Below are positions 26,615-35,304 of a stretch of DNA of 64,000 nt, in pieces (positions within the stretch are counted from its first letter, which is position 1; the number at the start of each line of letters is the position of its first letter). The notes beneath the pieces were generated by a model that had not been told where the DNA came from, did no database searches, and saw nothing but the letters and a program-made list of their open reading frames with translations. A program made the translations under genes and the position numbers. This stretch comes from Dehalococcoidia bacterium (GTDB taxonomy: Bacteria; Chloroflexota; Dehalococcoidia; Lucifugimonadales; UBA3495). The DNA is taken from positions 905-64,904 of the forward strand of contig DAOUHR010000085.1 of NCBI GenBank assembly GCA_034428635.1, given 5' to 3'.

Positions 26615-28183
26615 ATGCCCGACACCATAACCGTAGATGACCTGGATTCCATCCGGCCCAAGCTTCTGTCGCTGGTAACCGGACGGGCCAGGTCCCTTCC
26701 CAAGTTCCGCTACTGCGACCTTCGCATCCAGATACGGGAGGAAAAGCGCGGCTCGGCGGAAAACGGCTTGGAAAAGGCCAGTTCCGAGGATGTAACCTTC
26801 GGGTTCGGGGTGCGGGTCATCGCCCAGGAGCGGATGTCCGCCGCCGGCTTCTACGGCCAGGTCCTGGGCGCATCCGATCTGAACCGCATCGAGTCGGTGG
26901 TCTGGGAGGGCATTGGCCAGGCCCACCAGCGCGCCCGCGCCAACGCCCGCAAAAAATCCCAGACCTGGCGCCGCTTCCCCGCCGTGGCCCGCAGCCTGGA
27001 CGACACCTTCCTGGCCCGGGTCCCCGTGGCCGAGGACACCATTCCCGCCATCTATGAAACCGACCCCCTCACCGTGCCGCTGGGGGATACTGTGCGCATG
27101 GCAGTGGATGGCTGCAGGGCCGCCGGAAGCCGGGCCAGGAACGTCCTCTTCACCGCCGCATCTACCTCCACCTTCCTGTCGCGAGAGCTTTTCATCAGCT
27201 CCGAAGGGGCTGACATTGACCAGGCCTTCGCCCAGACCGAGGGCTTCATTTTTGTCATCTGCGGCAGCGAAAATGGCAGCTACGAGCTATACGACTCCAC
27301 CGGCCACCAGCGGGGCTGGGAGGTCCTGACCAGGGGTTACAACAACGGCCCCATAGACCTGCCCGACTTCCCCACCTTCTGCCGAAACCTGGGGAGGGAC
27401 GCCTCCGACGTAGCCGCCGCCCCGCCCCTGAAGCCGCCTGACCGGGAAGTACCGGTAGTCACCGACCCTAGCTTCAACACCCTGCTGGTTCACGAGGTCG
27501 TGGGGCATCCCTCGGAGCTGGACCGGGCTCTCAAGTACGAAACCGCCTACGCCGGCCGCTCCTGGTTCCTGAAAAACCTGCACGACAACCAACTGGGTCA
27601 GCAGATTGCCTCGCCGCTGGTCACCGCCTATTCCGACCCATTAATGGAAGGCTACGGCTCCTTCCGGTACGACCATGAGGGTACGCCCGGCCGTCGGGCT
27701 TACATCATCCGTGACGGGGTGCTGGAAGAGTTCCTGAACGACCGGCAGACGGCGGCCATCCTGGGCGTTGCTCCCAACGGCTCCGCCCGGGCCACCGATG
27801 CCCACCTGGCGCCCCTGATCCGCATGACAAATACGGTGTTCGCCCCTGGTGAACAAGATCCCCAGGACATTATCGCGGGCGTAGAATCGGGTTACTATGT
27901 GGTGGGCCACCGCACCCCGTCCATCGCCGAATCCCGGGAGAACTTCCGCATCACGGCGGTGAAGGTGTACGAGATCGAGCGCGGGCGGGTGGGCCGCCTC
28001 TACCGCGACGGTGGCATAACCGCCGATTCCCGCAACTACTTCCAGTCCATAGACGCTGTGGGCAACGACCTTCAGGTCAATCCCATTCCCAACTGCGGCA
28101 AAGGCCAGCCCATGCAGGCCAAGCGGATGAGCAACGGCGGCCCCACCATGCGCGGCATCGCCAGGCTGACCGGGCCGGTGTGA
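26615..28183 (+). CDS. tldD: TldD-family metalloprotease
   Basis: HExxxH site LLVHEVVGHPSE and the conserved C-terminal GxC region NCGKGQP. 522 aa. Confidence 0.88.
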   Translation: MPDTITVDDLDSIRPKLLSLVTGRARSLPKFRYCDLRIQIREEKRGSAENGLEKASSEDVTFGFGVRVIAQERMSAAGFYGQVLGASDLNRIESVVWEGIGQAHQRARANARKKSQTWRRFPAVARSLDDTFLARVPVAEDTIPAIYETDPLTVPLGDTVRMAVDGCRAAGSRARNVLFTAASTSTFLSRELFISSEGADIDQAFAQTEGFIFVICGSENGSYELYDSTGHQRGWEVLTRGYNNGPIDLPDFPTFCRNLGRDASDVAAAPPLKPPDREVPVVTDPSFNTLLVHEVVGHPSELDRALKYETAYAGRSWFLKNLHDNQLGQQIASPLVTAYSDPLMEGYGSFRYDHEGTPGRRAYIIRDGVLEEFLNDRQTAAILGVAPNGSARATDAHLAPLIRMTNTVFAPGEQDPQDIIAGVESGYYVVGHRTPSIAESRENFRITAVKVYEIERGRVGRLYRDGGITADSRNYFQSIDAVGNDLQVNPIPNCGKGQPMQAKRMSNGGPTMRGIARLTGPV

Positions 28184-28370
28184 ATCGGGGCAGGGCTATC
28201 GCCTGTCAGCTTCGGGGAAAACCCGTCGTTCCAGCGCCGGCGGGAACCTCGAACCCGAGGCAGACTTGTCACGGCAATAGGGGAAAGGGCATTTCCAGGG
28301 ACAATTGCCATAATAGCAAGCTTCTGGAATTGCCAAAGGGGCTGGGGCGGACGTGCAGTACGCCCCAGTT

Positions 28371-28679
28371 TCAGTTCACCGAAAAAGCAGGCCCGGGACT
28401 CCTGGTCTGTTCATTAACGAGGAAGGACGCGCTGTCCCGACCGTAGATCGTGTCCAGTTCCACATCAAAGCGCTGGCCACCGAAGTGCCCCAGCACCTCG
28501 TACTTGTGGTCGGTGCTCACCGTACCCTCGAACTCCGAACCCGACACCTTTCTTTGGTCTTCATCCTGCAGGTACATCTCCACGGCGGATGTCATCAGGT
28601 CCTTCATGTCGTCTTCGGACAGGTAAACCGCGCCCCGCAGGAAGACGTACCCCCATCTTATTCCCTGGTGTTCCAGCAT
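28371..28679 (-). CDS. hypothetical protein (102 aa)
   Basis: GC-rich third positions and acidic protein-like composition, downstream of the LLM gene on the same strand. No obvious SD. Confidence 0.4.
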   Translation of the reverse strand: MLEHQGIRWGYVFLRGAVYLSEDDMKDLMTSAVEMYLQDEDQRKVSGSEFEGTVSTDHKYEVLGHFGGQRFDVELDTIYGRDSASFLVNEQTRSPGPAFSVN

Positions 28680-28796
28680 CTCTCAAGCAATCGCAATTCG
28701 ACAGGCTCTGCATAAGCGACCTGTGCTGACGAGGCCGCTCACCCTGAGCCTGTCGAAGGGTGTACCGTTACATTACTTCAGTTTCAGTCAGCTTCT

Positions 28797-29987
28797 CTAG
28801 TCGTCCGCTGGCACGGCCACGTTGGCCTGGTCCTTGAACTGGGGCATAACCTCTTTCCCGAACCATTCCAGCTGTTCCAGGATGACCTTCTGGGGCGTGC
28901 CCACCACGGAACCGACGTTGATCTGGGTCAGGCCCGGGTACATTTCCTGGATCACGTTGAGCTTCTCTGCCACCAGTTCCGGAGGCCCGCACAGCCACGA
29001 CCCGGCCCGCACGCCGTCCTCAATGGTCGGCAGCCCGGCGGAGCGCGCCCGCGACGGGTCTCCCAGGGCGATTAGCTGGTCGTCCGACAGGCCATGGAAG
29101 AAGCCCAGGGGCGCGAACATCTTCATGTTCTCTTCGAAGAACAGCCTGGCTTCATTCATGCCCTTCTCTTCGGTATCGGCCAGGTGGATGGAGAACCCGA
29201 TAATCAGGTCGCCGCCCAGTTCCGTCTCCTTGCCGGCATTGGCCAGGGTCTCCCGCCACCGTCGCACCACCTCCAAAGTGGCGCCCCCGGCCGCCGCGCC
29301 GCCGCCGATCATGCCCTTGATGCCATGCTTGACCATGAAGTCCATGGCCCGCTGGCTCCCGCTGACCACTGGCTGATAGCACTCCACGGGCAGATACCTG
29401 GGCCTCGGCACCAGGGTAATCTCCTTCAGATCATAACCCCGGTAGGGTACGTCCGGCGGGATGTTGTAATGCTTCCCGTGGTGGGAGAAGGAGCGCTCGT
29501 TGAAGGCCTTGAACATCACCTCCACCTGCTCCTCGAACAGTTCCCGGTTGGCGTCCTGGTCAATAATAGGTGCGTCAAAGGTCTCCACTTCCCGGGTGTG
29601 ATAGCCCCGACCCACGCCGAACACCACCCGGCCGTCGGTCAGTACGTCCGCGGTGGCATAGTCCTCGGCCATGCGCAGGGGATTCCACATGGGTGCGATG
29701 TTGAAGCCGCATCCAATTTTGAGCTTCTTGGTCAGGTGGGCCAGGTGGACGGCAAACAGCATCAGGTTGGGAATGCACTCGTAGCCTTCCCGCTGGAAGT
29801 GGTGTTCCGCCATCCAGAAAGTCTCGTAGTCCAGCCGGTCCATCACGCCGGCAATGGCCTCGGCCTTGTCAAATACGGTCGCCAGGTGCTCGTCCGGCAG
29901 CCAGCGATCATTCAGCGCGGTGGCGTCCAGCCCTATATCTTCAAAGTCAACGTGCCCGGCAAACAGGCTGCCAAACTTGGTAATCAT
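28797..29987 (-). CDS. LLM-class (luciferase-like) flavin/F420-dependent oxidoreductase
   Basis: ETFWMAEHHFQREGYE and GRVVFGVGRGYH motifs. 396 aa. Paralogous type to 1863-2996. Confidence 0.82.
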   Translation of the reverse strand: MITKFGSLFAGHVDFEDIGLDATALNDRWLPDEHLATVFDKAEAIAGVMDRLDYETFWMAEHHFQREGYECIPNLMLFAVHLAHLTKKLKIGCGFNIAPMWNPLRMAEDYATADVLTDGRVVFGVGRGYHTREVETFDAPIIDQDANRELFEEQVEVMFKAFNERSFSHHGKHYNIPPDVPYRGYDLKEITLVPRPRYLPVECYQPVVSGSQRAMDFMVKHGIKGMIGGGAAAGGATLEVVRRWRETLANAGKETELGGDLIIGFSIHLADTEEKGMNEARLFFEENMKMFAPLGFFHGLSDDQLIALGDPSRARSAGLPTIEDGVRAGSWLCGPPELVAEKLNVIQEMYPGLTQINVGSVVGTPQKVILEQLEWFGKEVMPQFKDQANVAVPADD

Positions 29988-30363
29988 TCAGGCCCCTCCG
30001 GGTTTCAAGATGTAAGCGCCTTGGTTGGCGCCATTATAGCCGATTCGGCGTTCCCGGGGCAGGGCCGTCCCCTTTCCCAACAGGGCAAGCGCATTTCAGC
30101 TCAGGGGAAGTCTGTCGGTCCCGCGCAGGCTGGAACCTCGAACTTGAAGAGTAACGAAGAAGCCCACGCTATTCCCTGGATAGTGCGGTTTGGTCGGAGA
30201 ATGCGTTTGCCCTGAAGCGCGGGGGCTTAAATGGAGCGTGATGAAGTTCGGCTGTTGTATAATTCTCCGGCTGATGGCCGGCCGCGTCATCTGTCGGTTG
30301 CCGAGCAATCGCAGGCGGACTGCTGCCGCCCAATCCTCAATAACGACAAGGAAGTATTTCAAT

Positions 30364-31143
30364 ATGCCTGAAGTAACCAGCCACGCTCCCGGCAATTTCT
30401 GCTGGGTTGACCTCTCGACCACCGACGCCGAAGCCTCCAAGAGCTTCTACTCCCGGCTGTTGGGGTGGACTGCCTTAGACAACCCTGTGGGCAATGGAAT
30501 GGTCTATTCCATGATCCAGAAGGACGGCAAGAACGTTTGCGGCCTGTACGAGATGGGCCCCGGCATGGAGGACGTCCCTCCCCACTGGAGCAGCTACATT
30601 TCGGTGGAGGACGTGGATGCCCAGGTTGCCCGGGTGACCAAGGCCGGGGGCGCCGTAATTATGGCGCCCGATGACGTGTTCGATGCCGGGCGTATGGCCT
30701 TCGTCGCCGACCCCACCGGAGCCGTCTTCGGTTTGTGGCAGCCCAGAGAACACATTGGCGCTCAGCTAATTTACTCCCCAGGCTCCCTGGGCTGGAACGA
30801 GCTTTACACGCACGACACCGAGGCCGCCGCCGGCTTCTACGGCAACGTCTTCGGCTGGAGTCGGGCCATTACCAACCCCGACCCGCAGGGAGGCCAATAT
30901 CACGAGTTCAGCAATGGCGACAGCCCCGCAGGCGGAATGATGCAGATCAAGCCCGAGTGGGGCGAAGTGCCCCCCAACTGGTCCGTCTACTTCTGCGTCG
31001 ACGACTGCGCCGCCAGCCTGGAAATAGCCGAGAGCATGGGCGCCGAGGTCATTCTCCCGCTAACCCAGGTAGACAACATCCGCTTCGCCTTCCTGAAGGA
31101 CCCGCAGGAGGTCTACTTCGGCATTTCCCAAGTGGTGGAGTAA
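30364..31143 (+). CDS. VOC (glyoxalase/bleomycin-resistance) family protein, two-domain
   Basis: Two repeats of the FCWVDL...FY..L.GW...GG motif pattern. Start taken at ATG 30364 (MPEVTSHAPGNFCWVDL). Confidence 0.82.
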   Translation: MPEVTSHAPGNFCWVDLSTTDAEASKSFYSRLLGWTALDNPVGNGMVYSMIQKDGKNVCGLYEMGPGMEDVPPHWSSYISVEDVDAQVARVTKAGGAVIMAPDDVFDAGRMAFVADPTGAVFGLWQPREHIGAQLIYSPGSLGWNELYTHDTEAAAGFYGNVFGWSRAITNPDPQGGQYHEFSNGDSPAGGMMQIKPEWGEVPPNWSVYFCVDDCAASLEIAESMGAEVILPLTQVDNIRFAFLKDPQEVYFGISQVVE

Positions 31144-31159
31144 TGGTGGTTAGAGCTTG

Positions 31160-31262
31160 GTAGGGTTTCGTTTCAGGTGGTATGGACAATCGGAACGGTA
31201 GGGGCAGACCTATGTGCCTGCCCTGGTCTCACAAGTAAAACCACCTAAATCGGAACGCTACT
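31160..31262. repeat. 103-nt structured repeat element, copy B
   Basis: Matches 17788-17890 with 5 mismatches. Core cGTAGGGGCAGAC-ctatgt-GcCTGCCC and outer pairing caggtggt/accacct. Confidence 0.75.
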
Positions 31263-31278
31263 TTAGAGCTTGCATTTG

Positions 31279-31308
31279 TTGACATTGTAGTTTAGATAAC
31301 TTTACAAT
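31279..31308 (+). promoter_or_regulatory. near-consensus sigma70-type promoter pointing antisense into the DUF3800 gene 3' end
   Basis: TTGACA (31279-31284), 18 nt, TACAAT (31303-31308). Two short hairpins follow (aagagcc/ggctctt and ccggtg/caccgg). Confidence 0.35.
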
Positions 31309-31388
31309 CTAAGTGCTTCTAAAGAGTTGGCGACAAGAGCCCCTGGGCTCTTCCGGTGTCCATCACCGGATAGTCAACTTATTCTCTT

Positions 31389-32042
31389 TTAGTAATAGTG
31401 TGTGTTTCCTCTCCGGAACAGGTCATATTCCGAGCCTATCTTATTCTGGATAAGGACATAGGATCGGTCGTCGCCACGTTCCCACTTTCTTTGAATCGCC
31501 CAGCAGCAGTAGTCCGCAACCTGCAGGCAAGGCTCGACAGAGAACGGCCACATATCCACTCTGACGTTTCTACTTCGTGACGTCATTTGCACGGCTTCAA
31601 GTAATCCGAATCTGAATCCGGCAAGTTTCCTTTTCTCGCCTATGGATGCCGCGATCACAAAAAGGTCGTCAAATGGGTCCGCAACTTGATTAGCAATGTA
31701 GTTCATGTGATAAAACCAGGCAAGTTTGTAAAAAGCTCCTTCCGTTGGCCTGGTGTGCGGCCTCGCCTTGCTCTTCTCCAGGATGGTGGCGTCCACTCTG
31801 AATTCATAGTGGGATAGCAAGTCAAAAACTCTATCTCGCACTGGTTGTTTATCGGTTGTGGCATGAAAAGGTCCAGGCTGGTTTAGGTTCTCCCAAACTA
31901 ACTCTCGCCTTAAGTTAAGCAATTCACTCTCAATGCCATGATCATCAATCAATACTGTAGCTAAGACAAAATATCTGGACGCACTCTGATTTCTACTGAA
32001 GTCAAAATTGCCCGCTTCATCGGCGTAAACATATCGTCGCAT
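31389..32042 (-). CDS. DUF3800-like protein
   Basis: N-terminal YVYADEAGNFDF and C-terminal LQVADYCCWAI match the DUF3800 pattern by eye. AT-richer than its neighbours (e.g. 28 G+C in 31861-31920). Confidence 0.7.
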   Translation of the reverse strand: MRRYVYADEAGNFDFSRNQSASRYFVLATVLIDDHGIESELLNLRRELVWENLNQPGPFHATTDKQPVRDRVFDLLSHYEFRVDATILEKSKARPHTRPTEGAFYKLAWFYHMNYIANQVADPFDDLFVIAASIGEKRKLAGFRFGLLEAVQMTSRSRNVRVDMWPFSVEPCLQVADYCCWAIQRKWERGDDRSYVLIQNKIGSEYDLFRRGNTHYY

Positions 32043-32129
32043 CTCGCCATTCTACATGAAGCTCCCTCTTCCCATACAACCCCATCATCACATCCCAAAA
32101 TGTTAACCCCAAATTAGTATCAAAACCTG

Positions 32130-32158
32130 TTGACAACCCCGACAGACGCCATTAAAAT
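32130..32158 (+). promoter_or_regulatory. near-consensus sigma70-type promoter of the sulfite reductase leader
   Basis: TTGACA (32130-32135), 17 nt, TAAAAT (32153-32158). The leader ATG begins 9 nt after the -10 hexamer. Confidence 0.5.
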
Positions 32159-32166
32159 TCCTGACA

Positions 32167-32223
32167 ATGTTAGTCAGCCATATCTGCATCTGCGTTTGTA
32201 TTTGTACTTGTCCGCCCACATAG
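32167..32223 (+). CDS. candidate Cys-rich leader peptide MLVSHICICVCICTCPPT
   Basis: 18 codons plus TAG. Five Cys codons (TGC TGC TGT TGT TGT) alternate within 32185-32211. No SD, consistent with leaderless initiation from the adjacent promoter. Confidence 0.55.
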   Translation: MLVSHICICVCICTCPPT

Positions 32224-32261
32224 GGAGCGGGTAAGTCAACACGTCTGACAGACAACCCAGC

Positions 32262-32301
32262 GCCCACCAAGCTGATCGCCGTTTGGTGGGCCTATTTTTT
32301 T
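32262..32301 (+). terminator. intrinsic terminator (attenuator) in the sulfite reductase 5' leader
   Basis: 9-bp stem gcccaccaa/ttggtgggc (32262-32270 / 32283-32291), then cta plus a T7 run (32295-32301), 77 nt upstream of the GTG start. Confidence 0.7.
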
Positions 32302-32377
32302 GCCCGATTCCCAAACCCCAGGCACCGGAAAATCAGCATTAATTCAACCGACAAAGCGGAATTCGCAGGAGGCCAAA

Positions 32378-34213
32378 GTGACCACAAAAACTCAGCAGTC
32401 CCAGGAGGAAGTCTACCGGGAGAGCCTTGATCTGGCCTCAACCGCTCCGGGCGTCATCCCCTTCATGGAAAGTGAAGTCCAGCGGTTCGAGGCGGAGTCC
32501 GCCCGGTTCCAATCCGGCGAGCAAGACAACTCCGAATTCACTCCCTTCCGCCTCCGTCAGGGTGTGTACGGCCAGCGCCAGGCCGACGTGCAGATGATCC
32601 GGGTTAAGATTCCCGGCGGCATTCTCACCGCCGACGCCCTTGATGTCCTGGGCGACATCGCCGAGCAATATGCTCCCCTTGGCAAGGGTCACATTACTAC
32701 CCGCGAAAACATCCAGTTCCACCACATTCCCCTGCCCGAGTGCCCCGACGTCCTGCGCTTGCTGGGCACGGTGGGCCTGACCAGCCGCGAGGCCTGCGGC
32801 AACACCGTCCGCAACGTGGTGGGCGCCCCCACCGCCGGCGTGGATGCCGACGAAATATTCGATCCCACCCCCTACCTCACCGGCTACGTGCGGTTCGGGG
32901 TGCGGCACCCCATCACCCAGTCTTTCCCGCGCAAGTTCAAGTCCGCCTTCACCGGCGTTGACAGCCGCGACATGGTGGCCGCCGCCATCCAGGACCTGAC
33001 CTACGTATCGCAGATAAGGGTGGAGGACGGCGTCGAAAAGCGGGGATTCAAGGTTTACGTGGGCGGCGGCACCTCCATCATGCCCCGCCTGGCCAAGCCC
33101 CTTTACGAGTTCCTCCCCGAGGAGGACTACCTGCGCCTGGCCCTGGCCGTCTGGACCGTGTTCGACAAGGCCGACTCCCTGCGCAAGAACCGCATGATGG
33201 CCCGCCTCAAGGTGCTGATCGACCGCATTGGCCTGGACGAATTCCGCAACCTGGTGGAGGCCGAACTGGCCGAGATCGGCCCCATCGACCCCAACGACTA
33301 CATCGCCGACGAGGACATTTACCGGGAAAACCCGCCGGCCCTGCCGTCCGTCTCCGCCAACGGGTCCGGCAACGGCAGCGGCGAGTACAATTACTGGCTG
33401 GAGACCAACGTGGTAGCCCAGAAACAGGCCGGCTACAACATCGTCTACGTCAAGCCCGTTCGGGGCGACCTCAGCCCGGCCCAGTTCCGGGGCCTGGCCG
33501 ACATCCTGCGCCGCTACACCGGCGGCCGTTCCAACGCCACCCAGGAACAGAACCTGGCCCTCCGCTGGGTTCCCGACGGCTACCTGCACGACGTCTGGGA
33601 GGCCTTGGGCGCCATTGATTTGAACGAACCCGGAGCCCACACCATCAACAACGTGGTGTCCTGCCCCGGCACCGACAGCTGCAAGCTGGGCATCACCGCC
33701 TCCATGGGCCTGGCCAAGGCCGTCCGCGAGGAACTGGGCACCTGGAACGGCCTGATGGAGGACGAAGGCGTCAAGAAGATCCGCATCAAGATGAGCGGTT
33801 GCCCCAACGGCTGCGGCCTGCATCACATCGCCAACATCGGCTTCCACGGCGCCGCCATCAAGGGCCCCGACGGCAGCCAGATCCCCGCCTATGAAATGTT
33901 CCTGGGCGGCAACTATGGCGACAACCGGGTGGAGGACTCCCGCATCGGCTCCCGCATACCCAAGGTCAAGGTTCCCGCCAAGCTCGTGCCCGGCATGATT
34001 CGCGAAATCGCCACCTACTACAAGGACAACCGCCAGGAAGGCGAGGCCTTCAACCACTTCCTGGACCGGGTGGGCGTCGAGGAACTGACCTCCGTCGCCG
34101 CCGCCATCCAGGAGTCGGCGGCCAGCAAAGAGGTTGGCGGCGACCTGTACGTGGACTGGGAACGCACCAGCAACTACGTCCTGGAGCGGGGCGAAGGCGA
34201 GTGCGCCGTTTAA
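32378..34213 (+). CDS. sir: ferredoxin-dependent sulfite (nitrite/sulfite family) reductase, siroheme/4Fe-4S
   Basis: NIR_SIR repeats. Cys cluster SCPGTDSCKLG ... SGCPNGCG. GTG 32378 follows AGGAGG plus 5 nt. The track TTG start at 32300 lies inside the terminator T-run. Confidence 0.88.
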   Translation: MTTKTQQSQEEVYRESLDLASTAPGVIPFMESEVQRFEAESARFQSGEQDNSEFTPFRLRQGVYGQRQADVQMIRVKIPGGILTADALDVLGDIAEQYAPLGKGHITTRENIQFHHIPLPECPDVLRLLGTVGLTSREACGNTVRNVVGAPTAGVDADEIFDPTPYLTGYVRFGVRHPITQSFPRKFKSAFTGVDSRDMVAAAIQDLTYVSQIRVEDGVEKRGFKVYVGGGTSIMPRLAKPLYEFLPEEDYLRLALAVWTVFDKADSLRKNRMMARLKVLIDRIGLDEFRNLVEAELAEIGPIDPNDYIADEDIYRENPPALPSVSANGSGNGSGEYNYWLETNVVAQKQAGYNIVYVKPVRGDLSPAQFRGLADILRRYTGGRSNATQEQNLALRWVPDGYLHDVWEALGAIDLNEPGAHTINNVVSCPGTDSCKLGITASMGLAKAVREELGTWNGLMEDEGVKKIRIKMSGCPNGCGLHHIANIGFHGAAIKGPDGSQIPAYEMFLGGNYGDNRVEDSRIGSRIPKVKVPAKLVPGMIREIATYYKDNRQEGEAFNHFLDRVGVEELTSVAAAIQESAASKEVGGDLYVDWERTSNYVLERGEGECAV

Positions 34214-34224
34214 CTCGTTTCTTT

Positions 34225-34295
34225 TCCACGAAGGGCGCGAAGTAACACGAAGAGCAGAGAGGTTCAACTTCGTGATTCGTCCCGTCCTTCGTGGA
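34225..34295. repeat. short CACGAAG-repeat inverted-repeat element
   Basis: tccacgaagggcgcgaagtaacacgaagag (34225-34254) and cttcgtgattcgtcccgtccttcgtgga (34268-34295) are inverted arms of the same family as 6977-7181. Confidence 0.5.
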
Positions 34296-35163
34296 CTTCA
34301 TTCGTCGGGAGTATGAGACTTTGGCCTCTCTGAGCGGCAAGACCGTAGCCTTCGTGGAAGCCCGGATGACTTCGGAAATGGCCGGGCTCATTGAACGCCA
34401 CGGCGGCGTTCCCTACCCCGCGCCGGTGCTGCAGGAGGTGTACCTCAAGGACAGCCCCGAGGTGCAGCAACTCGTCCTCGACACCTGCTCCGGCCACATC
34501 GACGCCGTTACTCTCCTCACCGGCGTCGGCACCCAGGCACTGGTCTCCACCGCCGCCGCCATGGGCCGCGAGGAAGAATTCATCCTCGCCCTCGACCAAC
34601 TCACCGTTATCGCCCGAAGCCCCAAACCCGCCCGGGTCCTGCGCCAGCACAAAATCCACATCGACGTAATGCCCCCGGAACCCTACACCACCGCCGACCT
34701 GGTCAACTCCCTGGAGAACTGGGACCTGTCCGGCAAGGTGGTAGCCCTCCAGCACTACGGCGGCCCCAACCGCCCCCTAGTCCAGCACCTGCAGGATAAG
34801 GGCGCCGACGTCAGGGAAGTCACCCTCTACACCTGGGGTCTGCCCGAAGACGAGACCCCCGTTCTCGCCATGGTCGACGACCTGGCCGCCGGCGCCATTG
34901 ACGCCATTGCCTTCACCAGCCAGCCCCAGGTGGGCAACCTGCTGACCATCGCCGCCAACGCAGGCAGGGAAGCCGCCCTGCGAGCCGCCCTGGGCGCCAG
35001 CAGCAAGCCGGCCGATGGCGCTAAAGATCGGGGAGCGGTCGTGGCCTCCGTGGGGCCGGTTTGCAGCCGTCGCCTGCGGGATGCCGCAATCCCCGTTGAC
35101 GTAGAGCCGGAACACCCCCACATGGGCAGCATGGTACTCGCCCTGGCCGACTATTTCGGGTAG
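34291..35163 (+). CDS. uroporphyrinogen-III synthase (HemD) family protein
   Basis: GKTVAFVEARMTSEMAGLIERHGG...IDAVTLLTGVG...IDAIAFTSQPQV pattern of HemD two-lobe proteins. The start is uncertain: GTG 34291 lies inside the repeat arm. Confidence 0.7.
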   Translation: MDFIRREYETLASLSGKTVAFVEARMTSEMAGLIERHGGVPYPAPVLQEVYLKDSPEVQQLVLDTCSGHIDAVTLLTGVGTQALVSTAAAMGREEEFILALDQLTVIARSPKPARVLRQHKIHIDVMPPEPYTTADLVNSLENWDLSGKVVALQHYGGPNRPLVQHLQDKGADVREVTLYTWGLPEDETPVLAMVDDLAAGAIDAIAFTSQPQVGNLLTIAANAGREAALRAALGASSKPADGAKDRGAVVASVGPVCSRRLRDAAIPVDVEPEHPHMGSMVLALADYFG

Positions 35164-35304
35164 CGCGAGGCCAATACCGTCTTACACCCTTTCTCTCGTC
35201 CCGCAACCCGGGATGCGCTCAGTGGTTACCGCCGCATCTCCCCCAGACAATCCTTCCTGATTCTCGTATAATCCCCCTGCAAAACTTACCACGGGTTAGG
35301 TTGT

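Noticed and set aside
28225-28255. ~31-nt motif gtcgttccagcgccggcgggaacctcgaacc shared with 30114-30144, bracketing the hypothetical-LLM gene pair
   Set aside because: Only about 24/31 identity by hand, and the copies are short. It may be another hairpin repeat family, but the evidence is too thin to call flanking repeats of a mobile unit.
32300-32377. Track start (TTG 32300) for the sulfite reductase ORF
   Set aside because: The TTG is formed by the last Ts of the terminator T-run and has no SD. GTG 32378 is preceded by AGGAGG at ideal spacing, and the extra 26 residues are not family-like.
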